From contig OZ024741.1 of NCBI GenBank assembly GCA_964016885.1, forward strand, positions 250,790,001-250,854,000: a stretch of 64,000 bases of DNA. Reading direction: 5' to 3'. The notes below the pieces were generated by a model. It was not told where the DNA came from. It did not search any database and was given only the letters and a program-made list of their open reading frames with translations. The translations under genes were made by a program, and so were the position numbers. Numbering within the stretch: the first letter of the stretch is position 1; every line of letters begins with the position of its first letter. Positions 26,560 to 39,000 of the stretch are shown piece after piece. This DNA comes from Eledone cirrhosa. Taxonomy: Eukaryota.

Positions 26560-29500
26560 AAAAAAAAAATCAGGGGGAGATAATATGTAAAAAAAATCAA
26601 GGGGAGATAATTTCCAGCCGTCCGAGGGAAGATAATTTCCAGCCCTCCAAGGGGCTATAATTTCCAGCGTCCAAGGGGAGATAATTTCCAGCCAGCGAAA
26701 GGGAGATTATTTTTTTTTAAAAATCACTGGGAGATTTGTAAAAAAAATCAGGGGGAGATAATTTGTAAAAAAAATCAAGGGGAGATAATTTCCAGCCGTC
26801 CAAAGAGAGATAATTTCTAGCCGTCCAAGGGGAGATAATTTCCAGCCGTGCAAGGGGAGATAATTTCCAGCCGTCCAAGGGGAGATAATTTCCATCCTTC
26901 CAAGGGGAGATAATTTCCAGCCGTCCAAGGGGAGATTATTTCCCGCCAGCCAAGGGAAGATAATATTTAAAAAAATCAGGCGGAGATAATTTGTAAAATA
27001 AATCAGGGGGAGTTAATTTGTAAAAAAATCAGGGGGAGATAATTTGTAAAAAAATCAGGGGGAGATAATTTGTAAAAAAAAATCAGGGGTAGATAATATG
27101 TAAAATAAAATCAGGGGGAGATAATTTGTAAAAAAAAAAATCAGGGGGAGATAATTTGTAAAAAAAATCAAGGGGAGATAATTTTCAGCCGTCCAAGGAG
27201 AGGTAATTATTAGCCGTCCAAGGGGAGATAATTTCCAGCCGTCCAAGGGGAGATAATTTCCAGCCGTCCAAGGGGAGATAATTTTAAAAAAAAATCAGGC
27301 GGAGATAATTTGTAAAAAAAAATCAGGGGGAGATAATTTGTAAAAAAAAATCAGGGGGAGATAATTTGTAAAAAAAATCAAGGGGAGATAATTTCCAGCC
27401 GTCCAAGGGAAGATAATTTCCAGCCTCCAAGGGGCTATAATTTCCAGCGTCCAAGGGGAGATAATTTCCAGCCAGCGAAGGGGAGATAATTTTTTTAAAA
27501 AAATCACTGGGAGATTTGTAAAAAAAATCAGGGGGAGATAATTTGTAAAAAGAATCAAGGGTAGATAATTTCCAGCCGTCCAAAGAGAGATAATTTCTAG
27601 CCGTCCAAGGGGAGATATTTCCAGCCAAGGGGAGATAATTTCCAGCCGTCCAAGGGGAGATAATTTTTTTAAATATCAGGTGGAGATAATTTGTAAAAAA
27701 AATCAGGGGGAGATAATTTGTAAAAGCAAAATCAAGGGCAAATAATTTCCAGCGGTCCAAGGGGAGATAATTTCCAGCCGTGCAAGGGGAGATAATTTGT
27801 AAAAAAAATCAGGGGGAGATAATTTCCAGCCGTCCAAGGGGAGATAATTTTCAGCCGTCCAAGGAGAGGTAATTTCTAGCCGTCCAAGGGGAGATAATTT
27901 CCAGCCGTGCAAGGGGAGATAATTTCCAGCCGTCCAAGGGGAGATAATTTCCATCCTTCCAAGGGGAGATAATTTCCAGCCGTCCAAGGGGAGATAATTT
28001 CCAGCCAGCGAAGGGGAGATAATTTTTTTTTTTAAATCAGGGGTAGATTGGTAAAAAAAAATCAGGGGGAGATAATTTGTAAAAAAATCAAGGGGAGATA
28101 ATTTCCAGCCGTCGAAGGAGAGATAATTTATAGCCGTCCAAGGGGAGATAATTTCCAGCAAGCCAAGGGAGATAATTTTTTAAAAAAATCAGGCGGAGAT
28201 GATTTGTAAAAAAAATCAGGTGGAGATAATTTGTTAAAAAAAATCAGGGGGCGATAATTTCCAGCCGTCCAAGGGGAGATAATTTTCAGCCGTCCAAGGA
28301 GAGGTAATTTCTAGCCGTTCAAGGGGAGATAATTTCCAGCCGTCCAAGGGGAGATAATTTCCAGCCGTCCAAGGGGAGATAATTTTTAAAAAAAATCAGG
28401 CGGAGCTAATTTGTAAAAAAATAATCAGGGGCAGATAATTTGTAAAAAAAAATCAGGGGGAGATAATTTGTATACAAAATCAAGGGGAGATAATTTCCAG
28501 CCGTCCAAGGCGAGATAATTTCCAGCCGTCCAAGGGAAGATAATTTACAGCTGTCCAAGGAGAGGTAATTTCTAGGCGTCCAAGGGGAGATAATTTCCAG
28601 CCGTCCAAGGGGAGATCATTTCCAGCCTGCCAAGGGGAGATAATTTCCAGGCAGCCAAGGTTAGATATTTGTAAAAAAAAATCAGGGGGAGATAATTAGT
28701 AAAAAAAATCAAGGGGAGATAATTTCCAGCCGTCCAAGGGGAGATAATTTCCAGCCCTACAAGCAGCTATAATTTCCAGCCGTCCAAAGGGAGATAATTT
28801 CCAGCCAGCGAAGGGGAGATAATTTTTTTTTAAATTAGGGGGAGATTTGTAAAAAAAATCAGGGGGAGATAATTTGTAAAAATAATCAAGTGGAAATAAT
28901 TTCCAGCCGTCCAAGGGGAGATAATTTCCAGCCGTCCAAGGGGAGATAATTTTCAGCCGTCCAAGGAGAGGTAATTTCTAGCTGTCCAAGGGGAGATAAT
29001 TTCCAGCCGTCCAAGGGGAGATAATTTTTTAAAAAAAATCAGGCGGAGATAATTTGTAAAAAAAAATCAGGGGAGATAATTTGTAAAAAAAAATCGGGGA
29101 GATAATTTGTAAAAAAAAATCAGGGGGAGATAATATGTAAAAAAAATCAAGGGGAGATAATTTCCAGCCGTCCAAGGGAAGATAATTTCCAGCCCTCCAA
29201 GGGGCTATAATTTCTAGCGTCCAAGGGGAGATAATTTCCAGCCAGCGAAAGGGAGATAATTTTTTTTAAAAAATCACTGGGAGATTTGTAAAAAAAATCA
29301 GGGGGAGATAATTTGTAAAAAAATCAAGGGGAGATAATTTCCAGCCGTCCAAAGAGAGATAATTTCTAGCCGTCCAAGGGGAGATAATTTCCAGCCAAGG
29401 GGAGATAATTTCCAGCCGTCCAAGTGGAGATAATTTCCAGCCGTGCAAGGGGAGATAATTTCCAGCCGTCCAAGGGGAGATAATTTCCATCCTTCCAAGG

Positions 29501-30060
29501 GGAGATAATTTCCAGCCGTCCAAGGGGAGATTATTTCCCGCCAGCCAAGGGAAGATAATATTTAAAAAAATCAGGCGGAGATAATTTGTAAAATAAATTA
29601 GGGGGAGATAATTTGTAAAAAAATCAGGGGGAGATAATTTGTAAAAAAAATCAAGGGGAGATAATTTCCAGCCAGCGAAGGAGAGATAATTTTAAAAAAA
29701 AAATCACTGGGAGATTTGTAAAACAAATCAGGGGGAGATAATTTGTAAAAAAAATCAAGGGGAGATAATTTCCAGCCGTCCAAAGAGAGATAATTTCTAG
29801 CCGTCCAAGGGGAGATAATTTCCAGCCAAGGGGAGATAATTTCCAGCCGTCCAAGGGGAGATAATTTTTTAAAAAATCAGGTGGAGATAATTTGTAAAAG
29901 AAATCAGGGGAAGATAATTTGTAAAAACAAAATCAAGGGCAGATAATTTACAGCCGTCCAAGGGGAGATAATTTCCAGCAGTGCAAGGGGAGATAATTTC
30001 TAGCCGTCCAAGGAGAGATAATTTCCATCCTTCCAAGGGAAGATAATTTCCAGCCGTCCA
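26560..30060 (+). repeat. Copy of ~15210-19150 (offset ~11.35 kb, then ~10.91 kb after a ~436-bp deletion)
   Basis: Offsets are 11347 (15360/26707), 11345 (16358/27703, 17351/28696) and 10909 (18357/29266). Confidence 0.85.
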
Positions 30061-33000
30061 AGGGGAGATAATTTCCCGCCAGCCAAGGGAAGATAATATT
30101 TAAAAAAATCAGGCGGAGATAATTTGTAAAAAAAATCAGGGGGAGATAATTTGTAAAAAAAAAATCAGTGGGAGATAATTTGTAAAAAAAATCAGGGGTA
30201 GATAATTTGTAAAAAAAAATCAGGGGGAGATAATTTGTAAAAAAAAATCAAGGGGAGATAATTTCCAGCCGTCCAAGGGGAGATAATTTTCAGCCGTCCA
30301 AGGAGAGGTAATTTCTAGCCGTCCAAGGGGAGATAATTTCCAGCCGTCCAAGGGGAGATAATTTCCAGCCAGCGAAGGGGAGATAATTTTTTTTTAAAAA
30401 TCACTGGGAGATAATTTTTAAAAAAAGTCAGGCGGAGATAATTTGTAAAAAAAAAATCAGTGGGAGATAATTTGTAAAAAAAAAATCGGGGGGACATAAT
30501 TTGTAAAAAAAATCAAGGGGAGATAATTTCTAGCCGTCCAAGGGAAGATAATTTCCAGCCCTCCAAGGGAAGATAACTTCCAGCCCTCCAAGGGGCTATA
30601 ATTTCCAGCGTCCAAGGGGAGATAATTTCCAGCCAGCGAAGGGGAGATAATTTTTTTTTAAAAATCACTGGGAGATTTGTAAAAAAAATCAGGGGGAGAT
30701 AATTTGTAAAAAAATCAAGGGGAGATAATTTCCAGCCGTACAAGGAGAGGTAATTTCTAGCCGTCCAAGGGGAGATAATTTCCAGCCGTCCAAGGGGAGA
30801 TAATTTCCAGCCGTCCAAGGGGAGATAATTTAAAAAAAAAATCAGGCGGAGATAATTTGTAAAAAAAAAATCAGGGGGAGATAATTTGTAAAAAAAAATC
30901 AGGGGGAGATAATTTGTAAAAAAAATCAAGGGGAGATAATTTCCAGCCGTCCAAGGGAAGATAATTTCCAGCCCTCCAAGGAAAGATAACTTCCAGCCCT
31001 CCAAGGGGCTATAATTTCCAGCGTCCAAGGGGAGATAATTTCCAGCCAGCGAAGGGGAGATTTTTTTAAAAAAATCACTGGGAGATTTTTTAAAAAAATC
31101 AGGGGTAAATAATTTGTAAAAAAAAATCAGGGGGAGATAATTTGTAAAAAAAATCAGGGGGAGATAATTTGTAAAAAATCAAGGGGAGATAATTTCCAGC
31201 CGTCCAAGGGGAGATAATTTTCAGCCATCCAAGGAGAGGTAATTTCTAGCCGTTCAAGGGGAGATAATTTCCAGCCGTCCAAGGGGAGATAATTTCCAGC
31301 CGTCCAAGGGGAGATAATTTTTTAAAAAAATCAGGCGGAGCTAATTTGTAAAAAAATAATCAGGGGCAGATAATTTGTAAAAAAATATCAGGGGGAGATA
31401 ATTTGTATACAAAATCAAGGGGAGATAATTTCCAGCCGTCCAAGGCGAGATAATTTCCAGCCGTCCAAGGGGAGATAATTTACAGCTGTCCAAGTAGAGG
31501 TAATTTCTAGGCGTCCAAGGGGAGATAATTTCCAGCCGTCCAAGAGGAGATAATTTCCAGCCAGCCAAGGGGAGATAATTTCCAGCCAGCCAAGGGGAGA
31601 TATTTGTAAAAAAAATCAGGTGGAGATAATTTGTAAAAAAAAAATCAGGGGTAGATAATTTGTAGAAGACATAAAGGGGAGATAATTTCCAGCCGTCCAA
31701 GGAGAGGTAATTTCTAGCCGTCCAAGGGGAGATAAATTCCAGCCTCCAAGGGGAGATAATTTCCAGGCAGCCAAGGGTATATAATTTGTAAAAAAAATCA
31801 GGTGGAGATAATTTGTAAAAAAAAATCAGGGGGAGATAATTTGTAAAAAAAATCAGGGGGAGATAATTTGTATAAAAAAAACAAGGGGAGATAATTTCCA
31901 GCCGTCCAAGGGGAGATAATTTTCAGCCGTCCAAGGAGAGGTAATTTCTAGCCGTCCAAGGAGAGATAATTTCCAGCCGTCCAAGGGGAGATAATTTCCA
32001 GCCGTCCAAGGGGAGATAATTTTTTTAAAAAAATCAGGCGGAGATAAGTTGTAAAAAAAATCAGGGGGAGATAATTTGTAAAAAAAAATCAGGGGGAGAT
32101 AATTTGTAAAAAAAATCAAGGGGAGATAATTTCCAGCCGTCCAAAGAGAGATAATTTCTAGCCGTCCAAGGGGAGATAATTTCCAGCCAAGGGGAGATAA
32201 TTTCCAGCCGTACAAGGGGAGATAATTTTTAAAAAATCAGGTGGAGATAATTTGTAAAAACAAAATCAAGGGCAGATAATTTCCAGCCGTCCAAGGGGGG
32301 ATAATTTCCAGCAGTGCAAGGGGAGATAATTTCCAGCCGTCCAAGGGGAGATAATTTCCCGCCAGCCAAGGGAAGATAATATTTAAAAAAATCAGGCGGA
32401 GATAATTTGAAAAAAAAATCAGGGGGAGATAATTTGTAAAAAAATCAGGGGGAGATAATTTGTAAAAAAAAAATCAGGGGGAGATAATTTTTTTAAAAAA
32501 TCAGGGGGAGATAATTTGTAAAAAAAATCAAGGGGAGATAATTTCCAGCCGTCCAAGGAGAGATAATTTAAAAAAAAATTCAGGCGGAGATAATTTGTAA
32601 AAAAAAATCGGGCAGATAATTTGTAAAAAAAATCAGGAGGAGATAATTTGTAAAAAAAATCAAGGGGAGATAATTTCCAGCCGTCCAAGGGAAGATAATT
32701 TCCGGCCAAGGGGAGATAATTTCCAGCCGTCCAAGGGGAGATAATTTTTTAAAAAATCAGGTGGAGATAATTTGTAAAAAACATCAGGGGGAGATAATTT
32801 GTAAAAACAAAATCAAGGGCAGATAATTTCCAGCTGTCCAAGGGGAGATAATTTCCAGCCGTGCAAGGGAAGATAATTTCCAGCCGTCCAAGGGGAGATA
32901 ATTTCCCGCCAGCCAAGGGAAGATAATTTTAAAAAAAATCAGGCGGAGATTGTAAAAAAATCAGGGGGAGATAATTTTTAAAAAAATCAGGAGGAGATAA

Positions 33001-36000
33001 TTTGTAAAAAAAAATCAGGGGGAGATAATTTGTAAAAAAAATCAGGGGGAGATAATTTGTAAAAAAAAATCAGGGGGAGATAATTTGTAAAAAAATCAGG
33101 GGTAGATAATTTGTAAAAAAAAATCAGGGGGAGATAATTTGTAAAAAAAAATCAGGGGGAGATAATTTGTAAAAAAAATCAAGGGGAGATAATTTGCAGC
33201 CGTCCAAGGGGAGATAATTTCCAGCCGTCCAAAGAGAGATAATTTCTAGACGTCCAAGGGGAGATAATTTCCAGCCGTCCAAGGGGAGATAATTTCCAGC
33301 CGTCCAAGGGGAGATAATTTTTTAAAATATCAGGTGGAGATAATTTGTAAAAAAATCAGGGGGAGATAATTTGTAAAAACAAAATCAAGGGCAGATAATT
33401 TCCAGCCGTCCAAGGGGAGATAATTTCCCGCCAGCCAAGGGAAGATAATTTTTAAAAAAATCAGACGGATATAATTTGTAGAAAAATCAGGGGGAGATAA
33501 TTTCCAGCCGTCCAAGGGGAGATAATTTTCAGCCGTGCAAGGAGAGGTAATTTCTAGAGGTCCAAGGGGAGATAATTTCCAGCCTTGCAAGGGGAGATAA
33601 TTTCCAGCCGTCCAAAGAGAGATAATTTCTAGCCGTCCAAGGGGAGATAATTTCCAGCCGTGCATGGGGAGATAATTTCCAGCCGTCCAAGGAGAGGTAA
33701 TTTCTAGCCGTCCAAGGGGAGATAATTTCCAGCCCTCCAAGGGGAGATAAATTCCAGCCTCCAAGGGGAGATAATTTCCAGCCAGCCAAGGGGAGATAAT
33801 TTGTAAAAAAATCAGGGGGAGATAATTTGTAAAAAAAAATCAGGGGGAGATAATTTGTAAAAAAAAATCAGGGGGAGATAATTTGTAAAAAAAAATCAGG
33901 GGGAGATAATTTGTAAAAAAAATCAAGGAGAGATAATTTTCAGCCGTCCAAGGGGAGATAATTTTCAGCCGTCCAAGGAGAGGTAATTTCTAGCCGTCCA
34001 AGGGGATATAATTTCCAGCCGTCCAATGGGAGATAATTTCCAGCCGTCCAAGGGGAGATAATTTTAAAAAAAAATCAGGCGGAGATAATTTGTAAAAAAT
34101 AAATCAGGGGGAGATAATTTGTAAAAAAAAATCAGGGGGAGATAATTTGTAAAAAAGATCAGGGGGAGATAATTTGTAAAAAAAATCAAGGGTAGATAAT
34201 TTCCAGCCGTCCAAAGAGAGATAATTTCTAGCCGTCCAAGGGGAGATAATTTCCAGCCAAGGGGAGATAATTTCCAGCCGTCCAAGGGGAGATAATTTCC
34301 AGCCGTGCAAGGGGAGATAATTTCCAGCCGTCCAAGGGGAGATTATTTCCCGCCAGCCAAGGGAAGATAATATTTAAAAAAATCAGGCGGAGATAATTTG
34401 TAAAATAAATCAGGGGGAGATAATTTGTAAAAAAATCAGGGGGAGATAATTTGTAAAAAAGATCAGGGGGAGATAATTTGTAAAAAAAAATCAGGGGTAG
34501 ATAATATGTAAAATAAAATCAGGGGGAGATAATTTGTAAAAAAAAAATCAGGTGGAGATAAATTGTAAAAAAAATCAAGGGGAGATAATTTTCAGCCGTC
34601 CAAGGAGGGCTAATTTCTAGCCGTCCAAGGGGAGATAATTTCCAGCCGTCCAAGGGGAGATAATTTCCAGCCGTCCAAGGGGAGATAATTTTTTTTTAAA
34701 AATCAGGCGGAGATAATTTGTAAAAAAAAAATCAGGGGGAGATAATTTGTAAAAAAAAATCAGGGGGTGATAATTTGTAAAAAAATCAAGGGGAGATAAT
34801 TTCAAGCCGTCCAAGGGAAGATAATTTCCAGCCTCCAAGGGGCTATAATTTCCAGAGTCCAAGGGGAGATAATTTCCAGCCAGCGAAGGGGAGATAATTT
34901 TTTTAAAAAAATCACTGGGAGATTTGTAAAAAAAATCAGGGGGAGATAATTTGTAAAAAGAATCAAGGGGAGATAATTTCCAACCGTCCAAAGAGAGATA
35001 ATTTCTAGCCGTCCAAGGGGAGATAATTTCCAGCCAAGGGGAGATAATTTCCAGCCGTCCAAGGGGAGATAATTTTTTAAAATATAGGTGGAGATAATTT
35101 GTAAAAAAATCAGGGGGAGATAATTTGTAAAAACAAAATCAAGGGCAGATAATTTCCAGCCGTCCAAGGGGAGATAATTTCCAGCCGTGCAAGGGGAGAT
35201 AATTTGTAAAAAAAATCAGGGGGAGATAATTTCCAGCCGTCCAAGGGGAGATAATTTTCAGCCGTCCAAGGAGAGGTAATTTCTAGCCGCCCAAGGGAAG
35301 AAGGGGCTATAATTTCTAGCGTCCAAGGGGAGATAATTTCCAGCCAGCGAAAGGGAGATAATTTTTTTTAAAAAATCACTGGGAGATTTGTAAAAAAAAT
35401 CAGGGGGAGATAATTTGTAAAAAAATCAAGGGGAGATAATTTCCAGCCGTCCAAAGAGAGATAATTTCTAGCCGTCCAAGGGGAGATAATTTCCAGCCAA
35501 GGGGAGATAATTTCCAGCCGTCCAAGTGGAGATAATTTCCAGCCGTGCAAGGGGAGATAATTTCCAGCCGTCCAAGGGGAGATAATTTCCATCCTTCCAA
35601 GGGGAGATAATTTCCAGCCGTCCAAGGGGAGATTATTTCCCGCCAGCCAAGGGAAGATATTATTTAAAAAAATCAGGCGGAGATAATTTGTAAAATAAAT
35701 TAGGGGGAGATAATTTGTAAAAAAATCAGGGGGAGATAATTTGTAAAAAAAATCAAGGGGAGATAATTTCCAGCCAGCGAAGGAGAGATAATTTTAAAAA
35801 AAAAATCACTGGGAGATTTGTAAAACAAATCAGGGGGAGATAATTTGTAAAAAAAATCAAGGGGAGATAATTTCCAGCCGTCCAAAGAGAGATAATTTCT
35901 AGCCGTCCAAGGGGAGATAATTTCCAGCCAAGGGGAGATAATTTCCAGCCGTCCAAGGGGAGATAATTTTTTAAAAAATCAGGTGGAGATAATTTGTAAA

Positions 36001-39000
36001 AGAAATCAGGGGAAGATAATTTGTAAAAACAAAATCAAGGGCAGATAATTTCCAGCCGTCCAAGGGGAGATAATTTCCAGCAGTGCAAGGGGAGATAATT
36101 TCTAGCCGTCCAAGGAGAGATAATTTCCATCCTTCCAAGGGAAGATAATTTCCAGCCGTCCAAGGGGAGATAATTTCCCGCCAGCCAAGGGAAGATAATA
36201 TTTAAAAAAATCAGGCGGAGATAATTTGTAAAAAAAATCAGGGGGAGATAATTTGTAAAAAAAAAATCAGTGGGAGATAATTTGTAAAAAAAATCAGGGG
36301 TAGATAATTTGTAAAAAAAAATCAGGGGGAGATAATTTGTAAAAAAAAATCAAGGGGAGATAATTTCCAGCCGTCCAAGGGGAGATAATTTTCAGCCGTC
36401 CAAGGAGAGGTAATTTCTAGCCGTCCAAGGGGAGATAATTTCCAGCCGTCCAAGGGGAGATAATTTCCAGCCAGCGAAGGGGAGATAATTTTTTTTTAAA
36501 AATCACTGGGAGATAATTTTTAAAAAAAGTCAGGCGGAGATAATTTGTAAAAAAAAAATCAGTGGGAGATAATTTGTAAAAAAAAAATCGGGGGGACATA
36601 ATTTGTAAAAAAAATCAAGGGGAGATAATTTCTAGCCGTCCAAGGGAAGATAATTTCCAGCCCTCCAAGGGAAGATAACTTCCAGCCCTCCAAGGGGCTA
36701 TAATTTCCAGCGTCCAAGGGGAGATAATTTCCAGCCAGCGAAGGGGAGATAATTTTTTTTTAAAAATCACTGGGAGATTTGTAAAAAAAATCAGGGGGAG
36801 ATAATTTGTAAAAAAATCAAGGGGAGGTAATTTCCAGCCGTACAAGGAGAGGTAATTTCTAGCCGTCCAAGGGGAGATAATTTCCAGCCGTCCAAGGGGA
36901 GATAATTTCCAGCCGTCCAAGGGGAGATAATTTAAAAAAAAAATCAGGCGGAGATAATTTGTAAAAAAAAAATCAGGGGGAGATAATTTGTAAAAAAAAA
37001 TCAGGGGGAGATAATTTGTAAAAAAAATCAAGGGGAGATAATTTCCAGCCGTCCAAGGGAAGATAATTTCCAGCCCTCCAAGGAAAGATAACTTCCAGCC
37101 CTCCAAGGGGCTATAATTTCCAGCGTCCAAGGGGAGATAATTTCCAGCCAGCGAAGGGGAGATTTTTTTAAAAAAATCACTGGGAGATTTTTTAAAAAAA
37201 TCAGGGGTAAATAATTTGTAAAAAAAAATCAGGGGGAGATAATTTGTAAAAAAAATCAGGGGGAGATAATTTGTAAAAAATCAAGGGGAGATAATTTCCA
37301 GCCGTCCAAGGGGAGATAATTTTCAGCCATCCAAGGAGAGGTAATTTCTAGCCGTTCAAGGGGAGATAATTTCCAGCCGTCCAAGGGGAGATAATTTCCA
37401 GCCGTCCAAGGGGAGATAATTTTTTAAAAAAATCAGGCGGAGCTAATTTGTAAAAAAATAATCAGGGGCAGATAATTTGTAAAAAAATATCAGGGGGAGA
37501 TAATTTGTATACAAAATCAAGGGGAGATAATTTCCAGCCGTCCAAGGCGAGATAATTTCCAGCCGTCCAAGGGGAGATAATTTACAGCTGTCCAAGTAGA
37601 GGTAATTTCTAGGCGTCCAAGGGGAGATAATTTCCAGCCGTCCAAGAGGAGATAATTTCCAGCCAGCCAAGGGGAGATAATTTCCAGCCAGCCAAGGGGA
37701 GATATTTGTAAAAAAAATCAGGTGGAGATAATTTGTAAAAAAAAAATCAGGGGTAGATAATTTGTAGAAGACATAAAGGGGAGATAATTTCCAGCCGTCC
37801 AAGGAGAGGTAATTTCTAGCCGTCCAAGGGGAGATAAATTCCAGCCTCCAAGGGGAGATAATTTCCAGGCAGCCAAGGGTATATAATTTGTAAAAAAAAT
37901 CAGGTGGAGATAATTTGTAAAAAAAAATCAGGGGGAGATAATTTGTAAAAAAAATCAGGGGGAGATAATTTGTATAAAAAAAACAAGGGGAGATAATTTC
38001 CAGCCGTCCAAGGGGAGATAATTTTCAGCCGTCCAAGGAGAGGTAATTTCTAGCCGTCCAAGGAGAGATAATTTCCAGCCGTCCAAGGGGAGATAATTTC
38101 CAGCCGTCCAAGGGGAGATAATTTTTTTAAAAAAATCAGGCGGAGATAAGTTGTAAAAAAAATCAGGGGGAGATAATTTGTAAAAAAAAATCAGGGGGAG
38201 ATAATTTGTAAAAAAAATCAAGGGGAGATAATTTCCAGCCGTCCAAAGAGAGATAATTTCTAGCCGTCCAAGGGGAGATAATTTCCAGCCAAGGGGAGAT
38301 AATTTCCAGCCGTACAAGGGGAGATAATTTTTAAAAAATCAGGTGGAGATAATTTGTAAAAACAAAATCAAGGGCAGATAATTTCCAGCCGTCCAAGGGG
38401 AGATAATTTCCAGCAGTGCAAGGGGAGATAATTTCCAGCCGTCCAAGGGGAGATAATTTCCCGCCAGCCAAGGGAAGATAATATTTAAAAAAATCAGGCG
38501 GAGATAATTTGAAAAAAAAATCAGGGGGAGATAATTTGTAAAAAAATCAGGGGGAGATAATTTGTAAAAAAAAAATCAGGGGGAGATAATTTTTTTAAAA
38601 AATCAGGGGGAGATAATTTGTAAAAAAAATCAAGGGGAGATAATTTCCAGCCGTCCAAGGAGAGATAATTTAAAAAAAAATTCAGGCGGAGATAATTTGT
38701 AAAAAAAAATCGGGCAGATAATTTGTAAAAAAAATCAGGAGGAGATAATTTGTAAAAAAAATCAAGGGGAGATAATTTCCAGCCGTCCAAGGGAAGATAA
38801 TTTCCGGCCAAGGGGAGATAATTTCCAGCCGTCCAAGGGGAGATAATTTTTTAAAAAATCAGGTGGAGATAATTTGTAAAAAACATCAGGGGGAGATAAT
38901 TTGTAAAAACAAAATCAAGGGCAGATAATTTCCAGCTGTCCAAGGGGAGATAATTTCCAGCCGTGCAAGGGAAGATAATTTCCAGCCGTCCAAGGGGAGA

